Below, in pieces: positions 36,619 through 46,800 of a DNA stretch of 64,000 bases; the first letter of the stretch is position 1, and each line of letters opens with the position of its first letter. The DNA is taken from assembly GCA_026395595.1 (NCBI GenBank), contig JAPLYL010000005.1, forward strand, positions 76,853 through 140,852. The letters run 5' to 3'. This stretch comes from Candidatus Parcubacteria bacterium (lineage in GTDB: Bacteria > Patescibacteriota > Minisyncoccia > Phycocordibacterales > CAIJYI01). The position numbers and the translations under genes were made by a program. The notes below the pieces were generated by a model. That model was given only the letters and a program-made list of their open reading frames with translations, was not told where the DNA came from and ran no database searches.

Positions 36619-38349
36619 TTACCTATCCGGCGGAACTTCGTAATACGTTAGCAAGAATTTCGTGAGTTCCATGAAGGGCGCGGTCAAGGTATGAGAAGCA
36701 TATTCCTCTCCTCTCGGATTTACGACATACAAAAACACCAGAAACTTCGGATCGTAGGCAGGAAAATAGCCGAAGAAAGAATGAAGGTAACGGTCATCGT
36801 AATATCCCGCCCCGCCCCCTTGCGAAATCTGCGCGGTTCCCGTTTTGGCGGCAATACTGTAATTCGGCATTTTAACCGTACCGCCAAGCAAAGCTTTATC
36901 AACGACCGTCACCAACATTCGAGTAATATCTTCGGAAGTTTTCTGTTTTAAAACTCGCGGCCCTTCTTCTATCGGATACTCTTTGGTTATCCCCGCTGGA
37001 TAGAGCGTATTTTTTAAGATATGCGGTTCTACCAGAGTACCGCCATTTCCCAAAGCACAGAGGGCGCGGGCAACGCCTACCGGAGTGAGTGAAATTCCCT
37101 GTCCGAACGAAGCGGTCGCGCTTTCCACAAGGGTAGACCTTTTAAGGTTTTCTATGTTTCCCGGCACTTCCCCGGGAATATCTATCCTCGTCGTTTCGCC
37201 GAGCTCATACGAGTTCATATATTTCGCAAAGCTTTCCTTCCCCATCTGTCTCATCACAAAAACCATTCCGGTGTTCAGAGATTGATTGAGGACTTCCTGC
37301 ATCGGGATATTTTGTCCGCGTCCTTTGCCGTCGTAGTTTGATATTTTTTTCTTGTCTACAATGAGATACCCGAGACTGTCGTTGTATGTCGTCTTTGCCG
37401 TTACTTTCCCCGCGTCAATCCCCGCTGCCATGACAAGGGGCTTTACGACAGACCCCATTTCATAGGTATTTTCAACAAGAGGATTGTTAAAGACAGAAAC
37501 ATTCTTTTCTTTGGAAACATCGTTCGGGTCAAATCTCGGAACCGTGCCCATCGCATAGATTGCCCCCGTCTTCGGATCAATGATGATACCGCCAACCTCG
37601 CCGCTGGCGTATTTCGTTTTTATGTAATCAAGCTGTTTTTCCAATTCGGACTGAACCGTCGGTTCTATCGTAAGAGCAATATCCCCTTTTATTTTTTCCG
37701 TCGGATCAACCGCGGTCTTTACCGAAGAAAAAGCTTCCGCAAAAAAGTTTCGCCGAGACCCGCCGTTGCTTTTGTTGAGAACAGAGTCATAATATCGTTC
37801 TAATCCATATCTTCCTGAAAGGGTCTTTCCGTCTTGTTCATATCCCATAAAGCCCAGCACATGCGCACCCAAAGTTTCGCTCGGATAGTAGCGCCAGTTC
37901 TCCCGAAAAACTCCAACTCCTATAATTTTCAACTCCTGAATTTTTTCCGCCGTCGCCTCGGGGAGACGATGAGCGATTATCTCTGACTTATCGCTTTTTT
38001 TCGTCGCCTGCAACAAAAAAGCGTCCCTCTCCAAGGGGATAATATCTTTCAATTTTAGGTAAACTTTCTCAGCATTGGAAATTTGATCGGGATTCAATTC
38101 AACAAAAAACCCTGTTCGGGTCGTAGCAGCAGAGACAAGATTGCCGTCTTTTTCGGTGAAATAAATAGTATTCCGTTCAAATTGACTGATGAGGGACTGA
38201 TATTTTTTCTCTGCTTTGTCGCGATATTCTCCACCTTTCACTGCCTGCAACAAATACAACTGTCCAATGAGTACGACAGAGATAAATATCACGACGGAAT
38301 AGAGAAACCAAATTCTATTGTGTCCTAAAGACCTATCGGTCATGATCAA
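36619..38349 (-). CDS. ftsI: Class B penicillin-binding protein (FtsI-like)
   Basis: N-terminal TM, GLE-x-x-YD, YEMGSVVK (SxxK), SLN, KTGTAQ; dcw context. Confidence 0.88.
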   Translation of the reverse strand: MIMTDRSLGHNRIWFLYSVVIFISVVLIGQLYLLQAVKGGEYRDKAEKKYQSLISQFERNTIYFTEKDGNLVSAATTRTGFFVELNPDQISNAEKVYLKLKDIIPLERDAFLLQATKKSDKSEIIAHRLPEATAEKIQELKIIGVGVFRENWRYYPSETLGAHVLGFMGYEQDGKTLSGRYGLERYYDSVLNKSNGGSRRNFFAEAFSSVKTAVDPTEKIKGDIALTIEPTVQSELEKQLDYIKTKYASGEVGGIIIDPKTGAIYAMGTVPRFDPNDVSKEKNVSVFNNPLVENTYEMGSVVKPLVMAAGIDAGKVTAKTTYNDSLGYLIVDKKKISNYDGKGRGQNIPMQEVLNQSLNTGMVFVMRQMGKESFAKYMNSYELGETTRIDIPGEVPGNIENLKRSTLVESATASFGQGISLTPVGVARALCALGNGGTLVEPHILKNTLYPAGITKEYPIEEGPRVLKQKTSEDITRMLVTVVDKALLGGTVKMPNYSIAAKTGTAQISQGGGAGYYDDRYLHSFFGYFPAYDPKFLVFLYVVNPRGEEYASHTLTAPFMELTKFLLTYYEVPPDR

Positions 38350-38659
38350 GCATAGTTAAAACCGGAGTACGAGAAACGTAGTCAATCTCGGAAACATCCT
38401 TATACCCCAAACCTTTGGCATTATTCAAATCCAAATTCCTTGCGAGAGCGATATATTCCGATTCCAGACTGGCAATAGCTGAATTGGCAGATTTTACATC
38501 ACTTTCTATTGATTCCCTCGCTACAATATGCAAAATGGTGGAGCTGATAACATACATATAGAAAACAATGGCGCAAAAAATGAGGGAAGCCAGCAGCCAG
38601 AACATTTTTTGTTCAAAATCATACAACGATATTGATTTGATTTGAATGTTTTCTTGCAT
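38333..38659 (-). CDS. FtsL-like cell division protein
   Basis: TM plus coiled coil ending A-x-x-LG; lies between rsmH and ftsI. Confidence 0.65.
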   Translation of the reverse strand: MQENIQIKSISLYDFEQKMFWLLASLIFCAIVFYMYVISSTILHIVARESIESDVKSANSAIASLESEYIALARNLDLNNAKGLGYKDVSEIDYVSRTPVLTMLDHDR

Positions 38660-38675
38660 TGTTTTTTTGTTTATC

Positions 38676-39623
38676 TTATAAAGACTTTTCAATAATCCTC
38701 AATTTGGCGCTTCTTGCTCTTTTGTTACTCTTTAATTCTTCTTCGCTGGGCACTATCGGTTTTTTGGTGATAAGTATTCCTTCTCCTTCTTTTGCTTTTT
38801 CCTTAAAAAACTTTTTCACTAATCGGTCTTCCGTGCTATGGAATGAAATGATGGCAATCCTTCCTCCGGGAGAAAGCGCTTCCCACGAGCTATTCAATGC
38901 TTCTTCCAGCGCCCGTATCTCATCATTTACCGCCATGCGGAGAGCCTGAAATGTTTTAGTGGCAAAATGTATTTTTCTCGCCGACCGATACCACCCCGGA
39001 ACCGCTAACTGAATGATTCCGACCAGTTCTTTCGTGGTGTGAATTTTCTGCATTCCGCGAGCCTCTACTATCCTTTCAGCAATCCTTTTCGCGAACCGTT
39101 CTTCTCCGTATCCCGAAAGTATCGTCGCAATGTTCTCTTCGTCCCACGTATTCACGATGTCTTCCGCCGTAAACGTTACTTTTGAAGGGTCGTTGGAAAA
39201 GGTCATGAGCAGTGGTTCGTCTTTCTGAAACGAAAATCCCCTTCCCGAATTTTCCAACTCATTGGAACTCAACCCGAGATCAAACAAAACTTTATCAACT
39301 TTTTCTATTCCCAATTCTTTCAAAACCGCCGATATATTTCTGAAATTTTCCGGGACCAAATGGATCGTTGCTCTGCACTCAGACAATTTTTCTTTTGCTT
39401 TCGCCAAAGCATTCGCATCAGCATCAATTCCGATAAGCATTCCCTTCTCTCCCAAAAGCGGACAAACGACAGAACTGTGCCCTCCTCCATTAGTGGTCAT
39501 ATCTACGAATGTCTCCCCATTCTTTACGGCGAGACCTTCTATAACTTCATGTAAAAGAACGCTGGTGTGTACGTTGCCTTTCAAAACTTCATCATCTTTA
39601 GTTTCTATCATTTCTTTATTCAC
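38676..39623 (-). CDS. rsmH: 16S rRNA m4C1402 methyltransferase
   Basis: H-x-SVLL-x-E, GGHS, DLGLSS, GFSF, FQALR-x-x-VNDE, R-x-RSAKLR. Confidence 0.96.
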   Translation of the reverse strand: MNKEMIETKDDEVLKGNVHTSVLLHEVIEGLAVKNGETFVDMTTNGGGHSSVVCPLLGEKGMLIGIDADANALAKAKEKLSECRATIHLVPENFRNISAVLKELGIEKVDKVLFDLGLSSNELENSGRGFSFQKDEPLLMTFSNDPSKVTFTAEDIVNTWDEENIATILSGYGEERFAKRIAERIVEARGMQKIHTTKELVGIIQLAVPGWYRSARKIHFATKTFQALRMAVNDEIRALEEALNSSWEALSPGGRIAIISFHSTEDRLVKKFFKEKAKEGEGILITKKPIVPSEEELKSNKRARSAKLRIIEKSL

Positions 39624-39640
39624 CGTTTTTCGGCTTATTT

Positions 39641-39699
39641 AATTTCAAATTCCCAATTTCTAATTTCCAAAAACGCCGGAATCATTTGAAATTAGATAT
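39641..39699. repeat. Heptamer array (AATTTCN) x4 with an inverted partial copy
   Basis: aatttca aattccc aatttct aatttcc ... tgaaatt agatatt, between mraZ and rsmH. Confidence 0.65.
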
Positions 39700-39705
39700 T
39701 TTATT

Positions 39706-40140
39706 TTAAAACACTCCTATTTCTCCTAACTTTTGCGCCAACACATCAGCCTGTTCAACAATCTTTTTCTTGTATTCCGTCCATCGTTCTTCATTCCAGA
39801 TTTCGGCTCGGTCATGAACTCCGGTAATCACCACTTTGGCTCCCAATTCGGCAAAATCTTTCAGAAAATCCGGTACGAGAATGCGTCCGAGAGAATCAAC
39901 TTCCATTTCCACGGCGCCTCCAAGCATAAAACGATTGAAACTGCGGGTATCGGATTGTCCGGTGGAGAGTTCGGAAAGTTTCTGCGCCATTTTCTCCCAT
40001 TGTTTGAGGGAATATAACGCCAAACACTTGTCCAATCCATACGTCAAAACCACCTTCTTTCCCACCTCTTGGCGGAATTTTGAAGGCAGAGAAAGACGTT
40101 TTTTCGGATCAAGTGTATGCGTATATTCTCCTAATAACAT
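39706..40140 (-). CDS. mraZ: Transcriptional regulator MraZ
   Basis: GEY-x-HTLD-x-K-x-RL-x-LP, D-x-x-GRI, EIW; probable start ATG 40140. Confidence 0.95.
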   Translation of the reverse strand: MLLGEYTHTLDPKKRLSLPSKFRQEVGKKVVLTYGLDKCLALYSLKQWEKMAQKLSELSTGQSDTRSFNRFMLGGAVEMEVDSLGRILVPDFLKDFAELGAKVVITGVHDRAEIWNEERWTEYKKKIVEQADVLAQKLGEIGVF

Positions 40141-40195
40141 GTTTTTCTTGAAAATCCCTAACTTTTCGTGCCAATACCAAAAAGTGATAGATATT

Positions 40196-40229
40196 CCACT
40201 TCTTACCACTTGACTGTATTTTATACCAC
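40196..40229 (-). promoter_or_regulatory. Putative MraZ-binding GTGG repeats in 10-bp phase
   Basis: AAGTGG with the GTGG cores at 40196, 40206 and 40226, upstream of mraZ. Confidence 0.6.
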
Positions 40230-40278
40230 TTTATCCTAAAAAACAACCAAACTTATCCACAGGACGAGCTAAAGCTCA

Positions 40279-40369
40279 GAATAGAGCAACAAGAAAAAAG
40301 CAAAAAGGATAAAGACGTAATCCGTCGTTAATTCCTTTTTGCTTTTTCCTTTTTTCTTCTTGCTTTATT
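40279..40369. repeat. Inverted pair of degenerate heptamer arrays
   Basis: G plus A-rich 7-mers (40279-40320) facing C plus T-rich 7-mers (40335-40369); aaaaagcaaaaagga/tcctttttgcttttt. Confidence 0.7.
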
Positions 40370-40373
40370 TTTT

Positions 40374-41333
40374 CTACCCCGGTACTCCGACGCAGTCGTT
40401 ATAGGCTTTTATTTCCGCATTATACTTCTCCACTATAGCACGAGTACTCAAGATAAGAGGATTGAGCGCTTCAACAATGGCATTGTATATCGCGACTTTT
40501 TGATTATAGAGAGCGTTATTTCCGCTACTCTCAATTTTTGCCATTTCATCAGTAAGAGCATTCGCTTCCACGGTGGAAGAAGCGATAATCGTTTGATTTT
40601 GGCTAATCTCCAGTTTCAAGGCTGGCTCAGGAAAGGGACAAGAAGAAGAAGGTTTGCCAAATTCTTGAACCGCGAGCCATACGTGTTTACTGTTGAATTG
40701 TCCTTCGTCAACCGCCACACCAATCTCTTCGTAGTGTCCATTCAAGATGTTGGCGCGATGTCCGGGGCTTCCCATCCACGCATCAACCAAATCTTTTTCA
40801 TTCTCAAAAATACCCAGAGCAAGATTTTCTCCAACCCAAAGATAAGAATAACCGGTTCCTGTTACCAGCGATGCCGCATCTTTTCCTGTCGGCGAAACAT
40901 GCTCAAAATACTGTTTCTCAAACATATCATGCACTTTTATAATAGCCGCCGTATCAAGCTGTGAATTTCGTTTCAACGGCAAAACGCCGTTTTGTTCTCT
41001 TTGATAATTCGTCCATTTCACTACTTCCGCGCTTTGCAATATCCCCTTCGGTTCGGTACTTCCCGCAAAAGAAACCAAGGGGCCGGGTGTTGATTGTTTG
41101 GCTCGGACAGAAGGAACGGGTGTAACAGAAGTTTTTTGAGGAGCAGAGGGACTCACTATTTTTTTCTGATTTATCACCGGCTCAGAAAGGCTTTTGCTTT
41201 TTTGAGGAACTGTGTTTTTTTCAGAGGTCTGAGTGATGGCTTCTTGAGAAATCGTGTTAAAAAAGCCGATGCCGAGGACCATAAAAAATAATCCGAGAAT
41301 AATCAGCAAAAAAATTGAGAGAGTCTTTTTCAT
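40374..41333 (-). CDS. CAP/SCP domain protein with TM anchor and C-terminal coiled coil
   Basis: TN-x-x-R, YFEH, GENLA, WM-x-SPGHRANIL. Confidence 0.92.
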   Translation of the reverse strand: MKKTLSIFLLIILGLFFMVLGIGFFNTISQEAITQTSEKNTVPQKSKSLSEPVINQKKIVSPSAPQKTSVTPVPSVRAKQSTPGPLVSFAGSTEPKGILQSAEVVKWTNYQREQNGVLPLKRNSQLDTAAIIKVHDMFEKQYFEHVSPTGKDAASLVTGTGYSYLWVGENLALGIFENEKDLVDAWMGSPGHRANILNGHYEEIGVAVDEGQFNSKHVWLAVQEFGKPSSSCPFPEPALKLEISQNQTIIASSTVEANALTDEMAKIESSGNNALYNQKVAIYNAIVEALNPLILSTRAIVEKYNAEIKAYNDCVGVPG

Positions 41334-41350
41334 ATTGGTAATGAAAGGAT

Positions 41351-41782
41351 TTATTGCACTTTCAACAATTCCACATCAAAAATTAACGTTGATCCGGGGG
41401 GTATAATACCGGAACCCTCGTTGCCATAAGCAAGCGCAGGAGGAATAGTCAATTTTCTTTTTCCTCCGACCCTCATACCGACAATACCCTCATCCCACCC
41501 TTTAATGACTTCTCCGAAACCAAGCGTAAAAGTAAAAGGAGTATCTCCGTGATCGCGACTTGCGTCAAATTTTGTACCGTTAGGAAGCGTTCCAAGATAA
41601 TTCACGGAAATCTTTTGACCGGGAACCGCCGTCATACCGTCTCCAATCAGAGTGTCTTCAATAACAATTCCGGAGTCCAGCGTTTTGGAATATCCGCTCA
41701 TAACAGAAGGAAGGGAAAAATAATATCCACAACCTAAAAAAAGCACCACTCCAACTGTTGCGATAAGCATCTCTTGTTTCAT
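41351..41782 (-). CDS. FKBP-type peptidyl-prolyl isomerase
   Basis: V-x-Y-x-G-x-L-x-x-G-x-x-FD, [11 protein letters not shown]-x-[12 protein letters not shown]. Confidence 0.95.
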   Translation of the reverse strand: MKQEMLIATVGVVLFLGCGYYFSLPSVMSGYSKTLDSGIVIEDTLIGDGMTAVPGQKISVNYLGTLPNGTKFDASRDHGDTPFTFTLGFGEVIKGWDEGIVGMRVGGKRKLTIPPALAYGNEGSGIIPPGSTLIFDVELLKVQ

Positions 41783-41896
41783 TCCAATAAAAGTAAATGG
41801 TAATATATATATTATATCAAAAAAAGAGAAAAAAGAATAAAACTTTTTAAATTACATTTTGTCAGCTATTTTAAAGATGGTATAATTAATGTACTT

Positions 41897-42886
41897 ATGA
41901 ATAAAAAAATTGTTGTATCCACCATCGCGATTATTATTTTTATTATCATCGGTATCATATGGAAGCAAACGAGACCAATACCAAAATATACCGGACCGAT
42001 TGAAAAAGTTGTCGTGGCCGACGACTTATACATTCTTAATATAATAGCGCAAGAAAAAGATTTTTTTAAGGAAAATGGATTGGATGCGCATATTACGAAA
42101 GTTGCATCCGGATTATCTGCGATTAACGATCTTTTAGCGGGAAAGGTTGATATTGCTCCAGTGACAGATTTTGTAGGGGTTGGAAAAATTTATAGCAATA
42201 AAAATCTGCGAATTTTAACACAGTTATCAAAAAATAAAGGCGTTAGCATGATAGCAAGAAAAGACAAAGGAATCAGCCAACCCTCAGATTTGAGGGGGAA
42301 GACAATCGGTGTTGCAAAAAAAACTATCGGAGAATTTTTCTTAGGTCAATTTTTAACAGCCAATGACCTTTCTTTTAATGACATCTCAGAAGTTGACTTA
42401 ACTTCTGAGGAAATAATAAACCAGATAGAAAATGGACAAGTTGATGCGGTTGCCATTTGGGAACCGTATGTTTATGGTATCCGCGAAAAAATGGGGGATG
42501 AAATCATAATATGGCCAGACAATTCCGGTTTTTTTATCATAGCTTATTCAACCGATGAATTTATCAAAGCACACCCTGTTATCATAGAACGATACTTGCG
42601 TACGATGATCCAAACGGTACAGTATATAAAAAACAACTCGATAGAAGCAAAAGCCATAGTTGCAAAAAAGTTCCATTACGAAAATGCATATATAAAATAT
42701 ACTTGGCCTCTCTATGATTTTAATATCTCTTTAGAACAATCATTACTTCCTGCATTGGAGAGTGAGTCTCGTTTTTCCATCGCGAATAAATTAACAAACC
42801 AAACAGAAGTGCCAAATTATTTAAATTTTATTTATTTTGATGCGCTAGAGAAAATTAAACCGGAAGCGATAACTATAATTAAATAA
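41897..42886 (+). CDS. NitT/TauT (NMT1-like) substrate-binding protein
   Basis: N-terminal TM, FFKENGLD, DLRGKTIG, VDA-x-x-x-WEP. Confidence 0.88.
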   Translation: MNKKIVVSTIAIIIFIIIGIIWKQTRPIPKYTGPIEKVVVADDLYILNIIAQEKDFFKENGLDAHITKVASGLSAINDLLAGKVDIAPVTDFVGVGKIYSNKNLRILTQLSKNKGVSMIARKDKGISQPSDLRGKTIGVAKKTIGEFFLGQFLTANDLSFNDISEVDLTSEEIINQIENGQVDAVAIWEPYVYGIREKMGDEIIIWPDNSGFFIIAYSTDEFIKAHPVIIERYLRTMIQTVQYIKNNSIEAKAIVAKKFHYENAYIKYTWPLYDFNISLEQSLLPALESESRFSIANKLTNQTEVPNYLNFIYFDALEKIKPEAITIIK

Positions 42887-42888
42887 GT

Positions 42889-44826
42889 ATGAAAGTAAGC
42901 ACAAAACTTCGTTTGAATTCGTATCTTATCATTATTTTTGCGATAGTTTTTATCGGCGCGGTTTTTTTCCTTATTTTTGAACTGCAAAAATCCCAACAAG
43001 AACAAAGACTGACTCAGAAAATCACTCGAGATTCATTTCAATTAATATCGCTTCAAGATGAATATCTTTTACACCCGTCAGAACGACCAAAAAGCCAATG
43101 GCGTATCGTGTATCAATCGCTCCTAAAAAGCATAGATGAAGGAAAATCCGTTTTTACCGAGCCTGAAGAAAGTTTCTTGTTTAGAAATACTTTTCTTTCT
43201 TTTGACGACAACAAAGCTCTTTTTGAACAAATGATCGGATCCATAGAGCAAGGCAAAACCCGAGCATTTATAGAACAAAAAAAAGATATTCTTTCAGTAA
43301 AAGCCCAAGAACGCGTCTCAAAAATGCTTATTTTATCCGAATTGAGCAACGCAAGATCGGTTTCTTTCTGGTATTTGCTTGAATTCATCATAATAATTTT
43401 GGTTTGTGTCATCGGAGCAATCTCTGTCTTTTCGTACAAAACAAGCCGTTCAATGAGCAAATCGCTCCGCAAAATCAATCAAGGTACAAAAATTATTGCC
43501 GGCGGAAATCTTAATTACACTCTTGATATAAAAAACGAAGATGAGTTTGGTTCACTGTCCGCTTTACTGAATGAAATGACCTCCAAGCTAAAAAGTTCCT
43601 TCATAAGCCTGGAACAATCGGAAGAACGAGTTAAAAATAGAACGCGAGATCTGGAAAAAGAACGCGCGGAGACATTGGAAGCAAAAACCAAATACGAAAC
43701 CATGTTGGTTAGTATCAACGATGGTGTCATTTCGGTTGACACTGCAGGGAAAATAATCTTCATGAATAAAGCCGCTCAGGTAATGCTCGGCTATTATCCG
43801 AAAGAAACGAGGAACGAGGACCTCTCTGATACAGTTACCGTTGAAGATAAAGACGGAAATATCATACCGCAAGAAAAACAACCAATGAACCTTGCTCTCA
43901 CTGGCGTTCCGACAATTTCTACTGTCGCCACAGGCCCCAGTTATCAATATGTACGAAAAGATAAAACAAAATTCCCTGCCGCAATGACGGTATCCCCTAT
44001 TATCCTTGATAAAAAAATAATAGGCGCGGTTGAGGTGTTCCGCGATATCACCAAAGAAAAAGAAATAGACAAAGCTAAAACGGAATTCGTTTTACTTGCC
44101 TCTCATCAGCTCCGCACGCCACCTACGAGTATGAAATGGTTTTTGGAGATGCTGCTTGCTGAAGAAGCCGGACCGCTAAACGAAAAACAAAAAGAATATT
44201 CTGAAGAGATTTACCAAAGCAACGAAAGAATGATTATTCTCATCAATTCATTGCTTAACGTATCGCGGGTTGAACTCGGCACATTCGCAATAGAACCAAA
44301 ATCAACTGATGTTATCAGTCTCATTAAAGGGGCGACAAAAGACTTGGAATTGGAAATAAAGGAAAAAGAGTTGGAAATACACGAGAAATATCCGGGAGAA
44401 CTTCAGCTGTTTTTTATTGATCCAAAACTTTCCCGCATCGCCATACAAAACGTTATCTCTAACGCAGTGAAATATACCCCAAAAAGAGGCTCTATTGAGG
44501 TGGAAGTTTTTCTGAAGAATCGTGGAGAAAACATAGGGAATCACTCTATCCAAAAAGATAGTTTAGTTATTACCGTATCAGACACGGGGATCGGCATTCC
44601 TAAAGACCAACAAGACAAGATCTTCACTAAACTCTTCCGGGCAGACAACGTCAAAGAAAAAGATACGGACGGCAATGGGTTGGGGCTATATCTTGCAAAA
44701 TCAATCATTAACGGAATAAAAGGAGACATTTGGTTTGAGTCTGAATTAAATAAAGGGACAAAGTTCTACCTCACGATTCCATTCAATGAAACAAAAAGTC
44801 GAGAAGGGACAAAACCGCCTATCTGA
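42889..44826 (+). CDS. Sensor histidine kinase TM-helical-TM-HAMP-PAS-HisKA-HATPase
   Basis: SHQLRTP, NAVKY, DTGIGI, GNGLGL; PAS SINDGVI..N. Confidence 0.93.
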   Translation: MKVSTKLRLNSYLIIIFAIVFIGAVFFLIFELQKSQQEQRLTQKITRDSFQLISLQDEYLLHPSERPKSQWRIVYQSLLKSIDEGKSVFTEPEESFLFRNTFLSFDDNKALFEQMIGSIEQGKTRAFIEQKKDILSVKAQERVSKMLILSELSNARSVSFWYLLEFIIIILVCVIGAISVFSYKTSRSMSKSLRKINQGTKIIAGGNLNYTLDIKNEDEFGSLSALLNEMTSKLKSSFISLEQSEERVKNRTRDLEKERAETLEAKTKYETMLVSINDGVISVDTAGKIIFMNKAAQVMLGYYPKETRNEDLSDTVTVEDKDGNIIPQEKQPMNLALTGVPTISTVATGPSYQYVRKDKTKFPAAMTVSPIILDKKIIGAVEVFRDITKEKEIDKAKTEFVLLASHQLRTPPTSMKWFLEMLLAEEAGPLNEKQKEYSEEIYQSNERMIILINSLLNVSRVELGTFAIEPKSTDVISLIKGATKDLELEIKEKELEIHEKYPGELQLFFIDPKLSRIAIQNVISNAVKYTPKRGSIEVEVFLKNRGENIGNHSIQKDSLVITVSDTGIGIPKDQQDKIFTKLFRADNVKEKDTDGNGLGLYLAKSIINGIKGDIWFESELNKGTKFYLTIPFNETKSREGTKPPI

Positions 44827-44834
44827 TAATATAA

Positions 44835-44869
44835 AAACCCCCGCACTGAATTATTCAGTGCGGGGGTTT
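44835..44869. terminator. Bidirectional terminator
   Basis: aaacccccgcactgaa/ttcagtgcgggggttt. Confidence 0.85.
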
Positions 44870-44893
44870 GCGGTTTACACGTGAAGTCCTTTA

Positions 44894-45559
44894 TCAGACA
44901 ATTTGAGGTACCAGAAAACAGTATCCAAAACCCTTTTCGCTTGCGTTCGCTTTGCGGGCGATGTTGTGCACATCAAAATAGATATTCTCGCCCAGATTAA
45001 CGATATGAAAAGCATACGCAGCCCCGCGTTCGTGAATGACGGGAATGTGCATGATGACAAGGTTCCTGATACCAAGATCATCGAATTGTTTTTTGGTAAA
45101 TTTTTCTTTAACCAAACTGGCCACTTCCATCGGAGCTGTTAACCATCCGCGACAAGAGGCTTCTGCGTAAATATCATCCATAATGCGGTTTTTTCCGCAG
45201 AGATCATCACCATAGATAATTCCCAAAAGATAAGTCACTCCGCTCGTAATCTTGGATTTTGGAAAAATCATCATAGATACGGCGTCATGACCGACTCGAT
45301 GACCTCTTCCTTTCAAAAATACAGAAAGTTGATTCCATGCAACTCCATTTGAAGTGACTGTAAATATATCAGGTCTTTTTACACTTGGATATTTTGCGCC
45401 ATTTTTCAAAAAATTCGTAAACCGTCTGCCAAATTCTTTTGGCGGAAGGTCAATAACTTCAGACTGAAGTTCATCGCCATTGAGCTCGTCCCAATCAACT
45501 TGGGTTCCCACTCGGGCGTTTATTTGCAGAGCTTGACCACGTGATGTAGCTGTACTCAT
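44894..45559 (-). CDS. Hypothetical protein
   Basis: SD AAGGAG before ATG 45559; 221 aa. Confidence 0.75.
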   Translation of the reverse strand: MSTATSRGQALQINARVGTQVDWDELNGDELQSEVIDLPPKEFGRRFTNFLKNGAKYPSVKRPDIFTVTSNGVAWNQLSVFLKGRGHRVGHDAVSMMIFPKSKITSGVTYLLGIIYGDDLCGKNRIMDDIYAEASCRGWLTAPMEVASLVKEKFTKKQFDDLGIRNLVIMHIPVIHERGAAYAFHIVNLGENIYFDVHNIARKANASEKGFGYCFLVPQIV

Positions 45560-45680
45560 TGTACTTCTCCTTTCAAACAACTCATTGCCATTCAAACAAA
45601 GAACGGACCATTTCCGTTCAAGTCATGACAACCTCCTCAAGGGTATTTAAAAAGAAGAAAAAAGTCAATCTTTTTGTATA

Positions 45681-46754
45681 TTATGAGATAATTCCCCCTC
45701 CAAGACATTCCTCTTTATCATAAACCACCACAGACTGTCCGGGGGCTGACGGATCTTGCGGTTCTATGAACTCAATCTTATCCCCAAAAACTTTGCACGG
45801 AAAAAGTTCCGCGCGATAACGAGTTCGTGCTGAATATATTTCGTCAGGAGACGGCGCTTCCGCTATCCAATTTATGTTTTCAAGGGTAATCGTTTGAGAC
45901 CCTTTTCCTTTCAGGCTTCCCTGTTCTTTGTGAGATACGGTCAGGGTATTTTTCAAAATATCTTTAGCGATAACAAAATACGGAGCATCGCTCGTTCCTT
46001 TTTTCGTAATGGTAAATCCGTGACGAGAACCAAGCGTGTGAAAAATGACACCGTCGTGATACCCGATAATTTCGCCTTTTTCATTCAGCACATCACCGCG
46101 TTTTTTTTCTTCGTAGTGTTCCAAAAAATCGGACATGTCTAATTTTCCCAAAAAACAAACACCCTGACTGTCTTTCTTTTCCGCCGTCGGCAATCCGAAT
46201 TTTTGCGCCAATTTTCTTACTTCCGGTTTTTCAATATCGCCCACAGGAAATAAAATATGTTTGAGTTGTTCCTGCGTCAAAGTCCACAAAAAATATGATT
46301 GATCTTTATTCTTATCAACCCCCATAAAAAGTGCGTATTCGTCCCTTTTTTCTTTTTTCTTTTTTCTTTTTTCTCTCCGCGCATAATGACCGGTAGCGAC
46401 AAAGTCTGCTCCATTCGCAAGTGCATATTTCAAAAATCCGCCAAACTTCACATTCTTATTGCACATCACGTCGGGGTTCGGAGTTCTGCCTTTTCGGTAT
46501 TCTTCTATCATATAATCCGCGACTTCTTCCTTATATTCTTTTTCCAGATCAAGCGTTTCAAAAGGGATTCCCAAGTGAGCCGCGACCCTCATCGCGTCCA
46601 GACGATCTTCTTTCCATGTGCACGGCAAAAAATCCGGATGCCATGTTTTAATAAAAACACCCGTTACGTCATATCCTTCTTTCTGAAGCAAAGCTGCCGA
46701 AACAGAACTGTCTACTCCGCCCGAAAGCCCGACATATACTTTTTTACCTGTCAT
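45681..46754 (-). CDS. mnmA: tRNA-specific 2-thiouridylase MnmA
   Basis: SGGVDS, TPNPD-x-x-CN, ATGHY, KDQSYFL, DSQG-x-CF, PGQ. Confidence 0.97.
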   Translation of the reverse strand: MTGKKVYVGLSGGVDSSVSAALLQKEGYDVTGVFIKTWHPDFLPCTWKEDRLDAMRVAAHLGIPFETLDLEKEYKEEVADYMIEEYRKGRTPNPDVMCNKNVKFGGFLKYALANGADFVATGHYARREKRKKKKEKRDEYALFMGVDKNKDQSYFLWTLTQEQLKHILFPVGDIEKPEVRKLAQKFGLPTAEKKDSQGVCFLGKLDMSDFLEHYEEKKRGDVLNEKGEIIGYHDGVIFHTLGSRHGFTITKKGTSDAPYFVIAKDILKNTLTVSHKEQGSLKGKGSQTITLENINWIAEAPSPDEIYSARTRYRAELFPCKVFGDKIEFIEPQDPSAPGQSVVVYDKEECLGGGIIS

Positions 46755-46800
46755 TCGCTTATTCTATGCGATTTGACAAACTTTTTCAAGAGTGATAAAG

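Noticed and set aside
7066-40261. Replication origin suggested by DnaA-like boxes (7066, 22417, 32851, 34186, 40253)
   Set aside because: The boxes are isolated and several are imperfect; there is no cluster, no unwinding element and no dnaA.
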